Made by a program: the position numbers and the translations under genes
Shown: piece after piece, positions 1 through 8,344 of the stretch
Layout: every line of letters starts with the position of its first letter
How positions within the stretch are numbered: the stretch's first letter is position 1
Origin: an uncultured cyanobacterium
GTDB lineage: Bacteria; Cyanobacteriota; Cyanobacteriia; PCC-9006; JAAUQQ01
Length of the DNA: 64,000 nt
Assembly: GCA_963718615.1 (NCBI GenBank)
Contig: OY970368.1
Coordinates: forward strand, 3,840,001 to 3,904,000
Direction: 5' to 3'
The notes under the pieces: model-generated
Databases searched by the model: none
What the model was told of the DNA's origin: nothing
The model's input: the letters and a program-made list of their open reading frames with translations, nothing else

Positions 1-236
1 GAGGAAATCTTCATGGTTTGAGGAAAATTCAAGAGGGCCATAGATCTTCAACCACAGTTGCAAGACGATCGAGGATGGGATCGAGAAGGCTTGCGAGGGA
101 ACGATAGAACTAGAAAGAGCCCAGAAGCTCTCTAGGCGCTCACCAGCAACTTCTCATTGCCCAAACGCGATACTCAACTGCGATACTCAAACGCGACCGC
201 CGATGGTGGCTGCGGTTTGCCCTTTCATTTTGCCCC

Positions 237-746
237 ATGCGCGATCGCACAGCTAGCCTCACCCTTGGTCAACTGGGCGAAACCCTAGTGGCAGATTGGC
301 TGAATACCCAAGGGGGCAACATTCTCAGTCAGCGATGGCACACGCGCCGGGGAGAGCTCGACCTAGTCGTCTACCTCCCGGCTTTCAGCCCCATTGGATT
401 TAGTCCCCAAGGATTAGGACAAACCGCTGGCCTTGCCTTTGTGGAAGTCAAAACCCGCAGTCGCGGCAACTGGGACGAAAATGGCCTACTCGCCCTCACG
501 CCCAGCAAACAGCAAAAACTTTGGCATAGCGCCCGCGCCTTTTTGGCCAGCCACCCTGCCTATGGGACATTACCCTGCCGCTTTGATCTGGCCCTAGTGA
601 AAAGCCAAGCAGTGCGCAATGCCTCAACGGCTGAGCCTTTAGCTGAGCCCTTACCTTTGGCTCCAATCTTGGGCCAACCTTGTCTGCGCGGAGCCTACAG
701 CCTCACGATTCAGCATTATTTGATCGATGCGTTTCGATTGGATTAG
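237..746 (+). CDS. YraN/UPF0102 family endonuclease-like protein
   Basis: G-x-x-GE start, RWHTRRGELDLV, FVEVKTR and CRFD motifs typical of YraN. Confidence 0.9.
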   Translation: MRDRTASLTLGQLGETLVADWLNTQGGNILSQRWHTRRGELDLVVYLPAFSPIGFSPQGLGQTAGLAFVEVKTRSRGNWDENGLLALTPSKQQKLWHSARAFLASHPAYGTLPCRFDLALVKSQAVRNASTAEPLAEPLPLAPILGQPCLRGAYSLTIQHYLIDAFRLD

Positions 747-756
747 GCCAGGGTTT

Positions 757-1179
757 CTAGGCCAGGGTTTCAGGGCAGTAGCCTAAACCTTTGACAAATT
801 GGCGACGGAATTCTTCAATTTCGCTGCAATCGGGCCGTCCATGGGAGACAATGGCGACTTGGTGAAAGCGCATCACTTCTACCGCAGAATAGCCGGATTC
901 CAGGGACTGTAACGCCCGCTGTAATCTGGCGCTCGGCTTTACCGGGCCACCGTATTCCCGCAGGACCGCGCGGAAATCTCCGTCCTCGGAAATCGAAAGG
1001 GGGTAGCGCAATTTGACTTGGACAATCCACCCGTCAATTTGATGCACCACCGTCAGCGACTGAACGGGCCAGTAGGGGCGATCGCGTAGATACTCCACCA
1101 CTCGCATCGTCAGGCTAGCATTTGAGAAAAAGTACAAGTAATCCATGACTGTGCTTTCGTCGCGCTTAACATCGACCAT
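757..1179 (-). CDS. conserved cyanobacterial hypothetical protein
   Basis: 140-aa ORF with GAGGTG ribosome-binding site upstream; start may be the internal MDYLYFF; no recognisable function. Confidence 0.65.
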   Translation of the reverse strand: MVDVKRDESTVMDYLYFFSNASLTMRVVEYLRDRPYWPVQSLTVVHQIDGWIVQVKLRYPLSISEDGDFRAVLREYGGPVKPSARLQRALQSLESGYSAVEVMRFHQVAIVSHGRPDCSEIEEFRRQFVKGLGYCPETLA

Positions 1180-1216
1180 GTGTTCACCTCGCTGACGCAG
1201 GGCGGCGGGACAAACC

Positions 1217-1272
1217 CCGTGATTTCTCTGCCGTGATTTCTCTGCCGTAATTTCCCTGCCGTAATTTCTCAG
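1217..1272. repeat. 14-bp tandem repeat x4 (CCGTRATTTCYCWG)
   Basis: ccgtgatttctctg ccgtgatttctctg ccgtaatttccctg ccgtaatttctcag in the divergent intergenic region. Confidence 0.9.
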
Positions 1273-1385
1273 GGGTGTTGATAGCCAATTATGGTTTGTT
1301 AAAATTCGCTACGGCAAACGAAAAAATGACTCTTTAACTACATAAATCTTCTATGAAATTCATCCTTTTGAATAAATAAGAATCA

Positions 1386-2255
1386 TTGAGGTCAAGGAGT
1401 AGCATGCACTCACGTCCACGCAAGCAATTCGGCCAGCACTGGCTACGCAGCCCTGCCGCTCTGCAATCCATTTTGGCTGCCGCTGAGCTGAAGGCGGAGG
1501 ATTGTGTTTTAGAGATTGGTCCGGGTCAGGGAGTACTCACTCGGGAATTACTGACGCAAAGCGGTGAGGTGATTGCGGTGGAAATCGATCGCGATCTATG
1601 CGTCGGATTACGTAAGCAGTTTGGCGCAGCAACAAATTTTCTTTTGGAAGAGGGGGACTTTTTGGAGCGCGATCGCACCCAGCCCTTAATTTCTCCCTCC
1701 GGCAAGGCGGTCAATAAGATCGTCGCCAATATTCCCTACAACATTACTGGACCCATTTTGGAACGCCTCTTGGGCAAGATTTCTGCACCCCGTCAACCGG
1801 CCTTTGACAATATTGTGCTTCTGGTCCAGCGGGAGGTCGCCGAGCGGGTTTGCGCCCAGCCAGGGTCGAAGAGTTTTGGGGCGCTGACAGTGCGGGTTCA
1901 GTATTTGGCAACTTGCGAACTCATTTGTGCAGTTCCCTCCAAGGATTTTTATCCACCTCCCAAGGTAGATTCGGCGGTGATCCGGCTGCGGCCCCGTCCC
2001 TGTAGCGTTGCGGCGACGGACCCAAAACAGTTGGAAAGCTTGGTCAAGGTGGGGTTTGCGACGAAACGGAAGATGTTGCGCAATAACCTGAAGGGGATAG
2101 TGGAGCGCGATCGCCTCACGGAGATTCTCGTCAGCCTCGGCTCTAAGCCAGAGGCACGGGGGGAAGAACTATCGCTGGAGCAATGGGTAAGGCTAAGCAA
2201 TCGGTTGGCGAAGCCTGAGAATATTTCGTCAATCCCAGAAGCAATCGAAAATTAG
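1386..2255 (+). CDS. rsmA: 16S rRNA m6,2A1518/1519 dimethyltransferase
   Basis: RKQFGQHWL, VLEIGPGQG, VANIPYNIT, FYPPPKVDSAV, KRKMLRNNL; true start probably ATG at ~1404. Confidence 0.97.
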   Translation: MRSRSSMHSRPRKQFGQHWLRSPAALQSILAAAELKAEDCVLEIGPGQGVLTRELLTQSGEVIAVEIDRDLCVGLRKQFGAATNFLLEEGDFLERDRTQPLISPSGKAVNKIVANIPYNITGPILERLLGKISAPRQPAFDNIVLLVQREVAERVCAQPGSKSFGALTVRVQYLATCELICAVPSKDFYPPPKVDSAVIRLRPRPCSVAATDPKQLESLVKVGFATKRKMLRNNLKGIVERDRLTEILVSLGSKPEARGEELSLEQWVRLSNRLAKPENISSIPEAIEN

Positions 2256-2287
2256 TCAAGTCTCTCCTGATCTTCAGAAGACGTTCG

Positions 2288-2815
2288 TTAGACCGGTTCT
2301 AAGAGGCTTGGTTCAGTGGGCTCAGCGACATCGTAATCCCGTTCCCAACCTTCGTTTTGTAGCGTCAGCGATTCGGTTGCAATGGTACAGCGATGATTGG
2401 CATCGAGCGTCGGCAATGCAACATAATCAATGGGCCAGCAACGAAAAACCTTATAGGCAATTGCGACTTGCCCGGCTTCATTCATGAGCTCAATAATCAA
2501 ATCTTTTCGATAGTCTTTCAGCGAAACTTCAGCGCCTAAACCAGAGCCATAATTCCAAACTTTGTTAGCCCATTGTTCAAAATCTTTATCGTGAGTTTTC
2601 CCTCGAACCAATGTAATGGGCGAAAATATTGTCTCTCCAGGGGAATAGCGCAAACTACTGGGGTCTCCACCTTCTCGATTCGAGATCGCTTCAGTCGAAC
2701 GACGCAGGGGACTCACATAGGAAATTCCAGCGATATACTTGCCATCCCACTTAACTCGGAACTTATTAGCTTTATAGGGATCAAATCGCTGAGCATTGAC
2801 GCTGAAATTTGCCAT
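2288..2815 (-). CDS. phage tail tube protein (T4 gp19-like, eCIS Afp1/5-type)
   Basis: RFDPYKANKFRVKWDG, REGGDPS, PITLVRG, RKDLIIELMNEAGQ, YKVFRCWP, ESLTLQNEGWERD; start set at MANFSV. Confidence 0.88.
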   Translation of the reverse strand: MANFSVNAQRFDPYKANKFRVKWDGKYIAGISYVSPLRRSTEAISNREGGDPSSLRYSPGETIFSPITLVRGKTHDKDFEQWANKVWNYGSGLGAEVSLKDYRKDLIIELMNEAGQVAIAYKVFRCWPIDYVALPTLDANHRCTIATESLTLQNEGWERDYDVAEPTEPSLLEPV

Positions 2816-2908
2816 GATTGCGCTCCAAAATCTCTTCAAAATCATGTTAGCTAGAGTCAGAATACTCTATACATTCGTATTATTTTTACCTAGAAGAATT
2901 GTAACCGG

Positions 2909-3676
2909 CTATTTTAAAAATCTTGTAATTCCATTAGCGATCGCATCCGCCGCCCGCACAATCCAAGCATTCAACGTTGCCCCATTGTTCACCGAATCAA
3001 TAAAAAATGATTCCGTCAGCACCGCCGGAACCGACTGCGGTACGCCTCGTAAAACCGCAAGTCCCTGTCGTTTAATCCCTCGATTTTGAATCTCAAATTC
3101 GCGATCGAGTTCTTCATTAATCAACCGCGCTAATCGCTCATCCGCTGCACTTCCTTGAGAATCAATCAACACTTCATGGCCTTGAGCCTGTCGATTAAAA
3201 ACATTCAGATGTAACGAGACAAAGCAATCCGCACCACGGCCCAAGGCTCCAATTTGGGTCAGGCTCATGCCTGTGCCATTTTCAATCAGCGTGACCCTTG
3301 CACCTTGGGCTTCCAGCCTTGCTTTGATCAGCGTGGCTTGTCTCCGCACCAGATCCCGCTCCGTTGCACCGTTGGGGGCGATCGCCCCTGGATCGTTCAC
3401 CCCTCGCTCCACTTCGCCATGGCCAGGGTCGAGGATAATGCGTTTGCCGGTTAGGGCGTTGGAGCTGGCGATCGCACAGCTTTCCGGCTCTGCACTTTCC
3501 AAATCAACAATCATGCCTCTAGGGGCATCGGCACGGGTAAACCAGCTTGGAGGAATATTGAGCCGATATTCCGTCGGACGGCGACCGGTTGGCGAAACTA
3601 TCATCTTTTCGAGAAAACAGCCATCTCCACTTTTCATTAGGTAGAGGCCATTTCTCGTTAATTTTAACCAAGTCAT
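2909..3676 (-). CDS. N-acetylmuramoyl-L-alanine amidase (Amidase_3) with short N-terminal domain
   Basis: IILDPGHG, DPGA, ADCFVSLHLN, LAVLR, PAVLTESFFID zinc-amidase motifs. Confidence 0.92.
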   Translation of the reverse strand: MTWLKLTRNGLYLMKSGDGCFLEKMIVSPTGRRPTEYRLNIPPSWFTRADAPRGMIVDLESAEPESCAIASSNALTGKRIILDPGHGEVERGVNDPGAIAPNGATERDLVRRQATLIKARLEAQGARVTLIENGTGMSLTQIGALGRGADCFVSLHLNVFNRQAQGHEVLIDSQGSAADERLARLINEELDREFEIQNRGIKRQGLAVLRGVPQSVPAVLTESFFIDSVNNGATLNAWIVRAADAIANGITRFLK

Positions 3677-3811
3677 CGCTTACTCCAAAAGTCGGTAGCG
3701 TCCTTCTGCTCCAATATAATCAAACCGAGCGAGGATTTAGGAGTACCCTGATGGGTAAATGACTCTTGAGGCATTGTTCTCCTATGATCTGGCTGGGTTA
3801 TTGGTGAAGTC

Positions 3812-4573
3812 GGCGTTGCATAATTGAGGGATGATGCAAGAGTAAGAAAACGATGAATTGCCCAGAATGCCAGTCTAGTCATATCCGTAAAAATAGGAAG
3901 AGGCGAGGCAAACAAAATCACATGTGTGTCGATTGCGGACGACAATTCGTCGAGACTCCTCAAACTTATCGTGGCTATAGTGACGAAGTCCGACAAGAGT
4001 GCCTCAAGATGTACACCAATGGGTTGGGGTTTCGGGCGATCGAACGAGTCAAAGGAGTTCATCACACGACTGTGATCACCTGGGTCAAGCAGGTTGGAGA
4101 GCTGCTTCCAGAGACTTATGACCCTGAGGAGAGCCCAGAGGTCGGTGAACTCGATGAGCTTCAGACTTTTGTGGGCCAAAAAAAAACAAAGTCTGGCTCT
4201 GGACAGCTGTAAACCACTTCCAGCCTGGGCTCTTCGCTTGGGTGGTGGGAGACCACATGCCCAAACCTTTGAACCTTTGTGGGAAATCGTCGGTGCGTGG
4301 AAGTGCTTCTTCTACGTTACCGATGGGTACAAGGTTTACCCCAACTACATTCCTGACGAAGACCAGATTGTGAGCAAGACATACATGACTCGGGTAGAAG
4401 GAGAGAATTGTCGGTTACGACACTATCTCGCTCGCTTACGCTTACATCGCAAGACATTGTGCTATTCGAAGTCCCTGGACATGCTGGAACATTCGATACG
4501 TCTGTTGATTCACTACCTCCAGTTCTGGGAGTTGCCCCTACCACCACGATTCATCCCTTAATTCAGCAACGCC
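3812..4573 (+). mobile_element. IS1-family element, probably inactive
   Basis: terminal IRs GGCGTTGCATAATTGAGGGATGA / TCATCCCTTAATTCAGCAACGCC; InsA zinc ribbon (CPEC...CVDC) at 3853-4212; A9C slippery run at 4178-4187; InsB part has an extra frameshift near 4258. Confidence 0.9.
3853..4561 (+). pseudogene. IS1 InsAB transposase, frameshifted
   Basis: ELDELQTFVG, then KVWLWTAVNHFQPG in a second frame, then YVTDGYKVY...MTRVEGEN...LRHYLARL in a third frame. Confidence 0.8.
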
Positions 4574-4764
4574 GCTTCGACCTTCCGAATTCCGAGTCGG
4601 GTCATCGTGGGCAGATCAGGAGTCACATCCGAGTTTGATGGAAGGGACTTTCACCCTCATCAAGAGGACAGTTCAGCTCTTGAGAGTGCTTCATGTTTGG
4701 AAGCCAAGCTGGCAGAGTTATTTACGGGCTTGCACCGTTATTCATCTGCAACGAATCGCACTCC

Positions 4765-5562
4765 CTATCCCGATTGTGAGGCTGGCTTGTGCTTCGCCAA
4801 CTTCAACGCCGATAACAGCAGGATCGTACCCAATATTAGATACAACAGAGAACTTGATACATACCTTAAAAGATTACTGCCAACAAATGCTCCCAAAATT
4901 GAACCAGATGCCATTGAAATGATAAATTTCTGCTCTGGTTTAACTTCCTTAAGTCTTTGTTGACTTCTGTATTTAAACAGACCCATCAAAATTGTTGGAA
5001 TGCTGATCGCAAGGCTCAAACTTCCTGCCAGCTTAATATCAACTGAAAACAGCAAAATAACTGTTGGGATAATCAACTCTCCACCTGCCACACCCAACAT
5101 ACTACTGAATATACCAATGATAATTCCTGCTAAAAATCCCAAGCTGACTCTTAAAAGATATGGTAATTGCAAACTCTCAAGACTGAAAGTGAGATTATGT
5201 CCTATCAAGACAACGCTCAAAAAAACCAGAAAAACTACAACGACTCTGTTCAATACTCGTTCGTTGATTCGAGTTGCATAATGAACTCCAACATAAGAGC
5301 CAATTAGAGAGCCTGCCAGAATGTTAACAATCACTGTCCAGTTCGCAGCAATATTTTCTAGTCCCACAATGCCGTTCCGAAAAATGAATGAAAATGTCAC
5401 TGTGACAAGACTGACAATGAGGTTGATGATAATTGACTGTAAAGTTCGATAGTTAAAAACGCTGACTAGAATGGGTAGGCGAAACTCTGCACCGCCCAAA
5501 CCAATTAGTCCACCAAGAACTCCAACCAAAGCACCCCAAGCAAACGCCCAAATATTTCGCAT
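4765..5562 (-). CDS. sulfite exporter TauE/SafE family membrane protein (likely gene cassette)
   Basis: duplicated GGLIGLGGAEF / SSMLGVAGGEL motifs, about 8 TM helices; lies downstream of the attC R' box at 5696-5702. Confidence 0.88.
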   Translation of the reverse strand: MRNIWAFAWGALVGVLGGLIGLGGAEFRLPILVSVFNYRTLQSIIINLIVSLVTVTFSFIFRNGIVGLENIAANWTVIVNILAGSLIGSYVGVHYATRINERVLNRVVVVFLVFLSVVLIGHNLTFSLESLQLPYLLRVSLGFLAGIIIGIFSSMLGVAGGELIIPTVILLFSVDIKLAGSLSLAISIPTILMGLFKYRSQQRLKEVKPEQKFIISMASGSILGAFVGSNLLRYVSSSLLYLILGTILLLSALKLAKHKPASQSG

Positions 5563-5695
5563 TCAGACCTCCACCTCTTATAGCAGCAAAATTATAAGCG
5601 ATTTACTTTGAGGCTGGGGTAGTCAACTTAACAGCACTTGATTCTGATTGCCTCACAGATAGCTCTCGTCTGCGCCTTCACCAGTAACCGAAGCC

Positions 5696-5774
5696 GCATA
5701 ACGGCCCCGTTCACCCGCCGCAGAAGCCTTGCGGTCTTAACGGCCAACTTAATACGGTCGGCGTGCCACGCAAT
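5696..5774 (-). other. integron attC site (distal part), split by IS110 copy 1; its R'' box is at 6746-6752
   Basis: plus strand GCATAAC-ggccc-CGTTCAC-ccgccg...cggtcggc-GTGCCACG-caat [IS] GTTAGGC; R/L box spacing matches the intact attC at 18285-18376 within 1 nt. Confidence 0.8.
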
Positions 5775-5786
5775 TATGGGGGGACA

Positions 5787-6079
5787 GGGGAGAAGAAACA
5801 GGAAGAGACGACTATGCATTGGACGACACAGAGGATGTCTACTAACATACCGAATCGCTCATCCCTCTCCCATGCGCGAATTTGACAGAAGCGCATAAAG
5901 TCAAAAAAGGAGAGCATCTGCCAGCTTGTCGGGACGACTATGCAACGTTAGTCAGAAGATGACTACTAACCTATCGAATTGCCCGTCCAGCCAATCCAAT
6001 CGCATACCAACGAATCCTCAGGGAGCAGGGAAAGACCCTTGACCTAATCTCTTCGCTTTGCGTGGGTGGCAGACTCTCC
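5787..6079 (+). ncRNA. putative IS110 bridge RNA with three guide loops, copy 1
   Basis: non-coding leader; closing stems GGGAGA/TCTCCC and GGAGAG..TCTGCC (5909-5922) / GGCAGACTCTCC (6068-6079); three guide-hairpin-guide units matching attC and element ends. Confidence 0.68.
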
Positions 6080-6108
6080 ATCCAACAAAATACCCCCAAT
6101 CTAACACA

Positions 6109-6543
6109 ATGAAACTCAACCTCAGCACAACCGTTTATGCTGCCTATATCGGCATTGATTGGGCAGACCGCAAACATGATATTGCTCTCTACGATTGCCA
6201 GAATGAGATCTGGGCACAATCCACTATTCAGGCCACCCCTCAGGCGGAGGAAATTGGCAAGCAACGTTGGGTCCATTGGCGTTGGTCTTGTCCTATCTTT
6301 CTGAGGCAAATTTTTGTCGAGTGGGTTACCCATGCTCGGTCTCGTTCGGTCTGGTCACAGGCATTTTATCAACAACAACGACTGGCGGGTAAATCCCATC
6401 AAAAGGCTATTCGTGCTTTGGCATATAAAGGGGGTCAGATTCTTTGGCGATGTTGGCAGGATAGGACTCCTTATGATGAGGAAAAGTATCTCGCTGCTCT
6501 CCGGCGCAAAAACTCTCCTTTGGTCGCTCTTTTACCGGATTAG
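6109..6543 (+). pseudogene. IS110-family recombinase with in-frame internal deletion (144 aa)
   Basis: N-terminal YIGIDWADRKHD (first Asp of DEDD) fused near nt 6247 to C-terminal GKQRWVHWRW..LRQ..GKSHQKAIRALA..ILWRCWQDRTPYDE. Confidence 0.87.
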
Positions 6544-6746
6544 TTCTCTATCTTGTTGCTCGATTGAACTGCTTTAGGTTTTGAACCAATCGAATACAAA
6601 AAATACGCAGATGGCTCTGATAGACCAGTTCGGCTGAGACTCAAAACTGACTATTAGGGGGTTTGCGCTGGCTTCAATTCGCTCAGATATTACATCAGAG
6701 TTATTTTTGATATTCTCTATTGACCCCGTCCGCCTCAAGGCCTATG

Positions 6747-7862
6747 TTAGGCACGGGGCTGTTGTTGTGTGGTGCAGTGTATGCCACCACCGCCAGCAGC
6801 GATCGCATCAATATTTAGCTGGACAACATCGCGATCAGGGAATAGATCTTGCAAAGTCGCTTTTGCTTTTTCATCAGCGATGACATTGCCAAACTCTGGC
6901 GCGATGACAGCGCCATTGACCACATAGAAATTGATATAACCTGCGGCAAAATCAGCACTTTTAAACTTGGGACGAATGCTGGTGGGACTTTCAAGGACAG
7001 CCACTTCTAGTTTATGACCATCCGCATCCGTCTCAGACCGCAGAATCTCTAGGTGCTTTTGAGTAACAGCATGGTCGAACGAGGCTGGATCGGGATCATA
7101 TCCAGCAATGACAGTCCCTGGACGCGCAAAGCGGGAATAAAAGTCAGTATGACCATCTGTAATATCTTGCCCTCGGATACCAGGTAACCAAATGATCTTG
7201 CGGAGTCCCAGAAGTGGCTTGAGTAGTGTTTCACACTCAGCTTTAGCCATTCCAGGATTACGATTTTCGTTGAGGACACAGCTTTCGGTGATGATTGCTG
7301 TCCCCTTACCATCCACTTCAATCCCACCACCTTCTAGGACTAACTTAGTATTAATAGCCTGAACACTAGATTTCTGAATGACAAATTCAGCGACTTTTGC
7401 ATCATGGTCATGATCTTGCTTCTGACCCCAACCATTGAAGTTAAAATCAATTCCACCTAAATATCCACGACTATCTTTCACAAAAACAGGACCAGTATCA
7501 CGTATCCACAGGTCATCTAAAGCCGAAACAACCATATCTACAGATGAACCGCATTTTCGGACAGCTATCTCGTAATCTTCTTGTCGAACTAGCATGGATA
7601 CAGGCTCATAGCGAGCGATCGCTTTAGCAATAGTTGCTAGATTGTTTTGCACTTCAGAAAGCAACTTTTGTCCCCAAATGGCACGACTTGCACCAAAAGC
7701 CATCCAAGTACGATCATGAGGCTCTGATTCGTCAGGCATCAACCAAGTCGTTTCCTGTGTTCCCACGGCTTCAGAGTCACTACAACCCAAAACATTGTGC
7801 ACGATCATCGCTCCTGAACAACCTGCCATAAATTGAATCAGTGATCGTCGATTCATGATCAA
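6747..7862 (-). CDS. agmatine deiminase / peptidylarginine deiminase family protein with Tat-lipoprotein-like signal (gene cassette)
   Basis: DDLWIRDTGP, FNGWG, LEGGGI, DITDGHTD, YINFY, GGGGIHCTTQQQP; N-terminal NRRSLI...LGC; its stop TAA lies inside GCCTAAC (attC R''). Confidence 0.93.
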   Translation of the reverse strand: MIMNRRSLIQFMAGCSGAMIVHNVLGCSDSEAVGTQETTWLMPDESEPHDRTWMAFGASRAIWGQKLLSEVQNNLATIAKAIARYEPVSMLVRQEDYEIAVRKCGSSVDMVVSALDDLWIRDTGPVFVKDSRGYLGGIDFNFNGWGQKQDHDHDAKVAEFVIQKSSVQAINTKLVLEGGGIEVDGKGTAIITESCVLNENRNPGMAKAECETLLKPLLGLRKIIWLPGIRGQDITDGHTDFYSRFARPGTVIAGYDPDPASFDHAVTQKHLEILRSETDADGHKLEVAVLESPTSIRPKFKSADFAAGYINFYVVNGAVIAPEFGNVIADEKAKATLQDLFPDRDVVQLNIDAIAAGGGGIHCTTQQQPRA

Positions 7863-7975
7863 CCTATTAACTCAAGGTAATCATGGTAACAGTTCCTGGG
7901 GGATTTTCACGAGGTGAATAGGCAGAATGATTCGGCATAACACTCCCAAATTCGGTACTTAGATAGAATCTTTTC

Positions 7976-8038
7976 TCATAACACACCGCTCAAGCCGAAT
8001 AGCCAGAATCTTTCGGCATGTTTTCAGGTTTCTTATGG
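7976..8038 (-). other. degenerate attC-like site
   Basis: TCATAAC-acacc-GCTCAA-GCCGAA...TTCGGC...cTTATGG upstream of the deiminase cassette; right arm poorly conserved. Confidence 0.4.
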
Positions 8039-8344
8039 AAATAACTGCGTGTATTTTTGAATACCTAATGCGTTTATTTATCTCTGTCGAGAAGGGCAAT
8101 GCTGAATGAGGATCTACTCATCGCTAAGGACGTTCGAATTCACTCCTCGATCGTCCTCCTTCTCTCAAAAAGAACGATCGCCCCTTCTAAAGACAGTTCA
8201 TCTGAATGCATCATCTCCGCGCCTCAAGACAGATTTGTTCAGGATGAACTTTAGGTTCTATCTAAAGATGGACGGTCTGAGAGGGCTGACTTTTTAGAGT
8301 TCTTTTAGCTGACATACCCAATTTATCGATCGTCGTATCGCTTT

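Larger units (their letters stand above)
5775..6745 (+). mobile_element. non-autonomous IS110-family element, copy 1
   Basis: near-identical to 13008-13979; begins TATGGGGGGAC and ends GGCCTAT; sub-terminal IR GGACRGGG/CCCCGTCC; no target duplication; ends uncertain by 1 nt. Confidence 0.88.

Noticed and set aside
3673-4179. 168-aa minus-strand ORF abutting the amidase
   Set aside because: Mostly antisense to IS1 InsA and crosses the IS boundary.
5872-5904. Possible H-type pseudoknot (ATGCGC/GCGCAT with TTGAC/GTCAA) in the IS110 leader
   Set aside because: The first stem is broken by two non-compensatory changes in copy 2.
5628-6333. Short ORFs over the IS110 leader (5638-5898, 5971-6333 and their equivalents in copy 2)
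   Set aside because: They cross attC/IS junctions or run antisense to the transposase remnant; structured RNA explains the region better.
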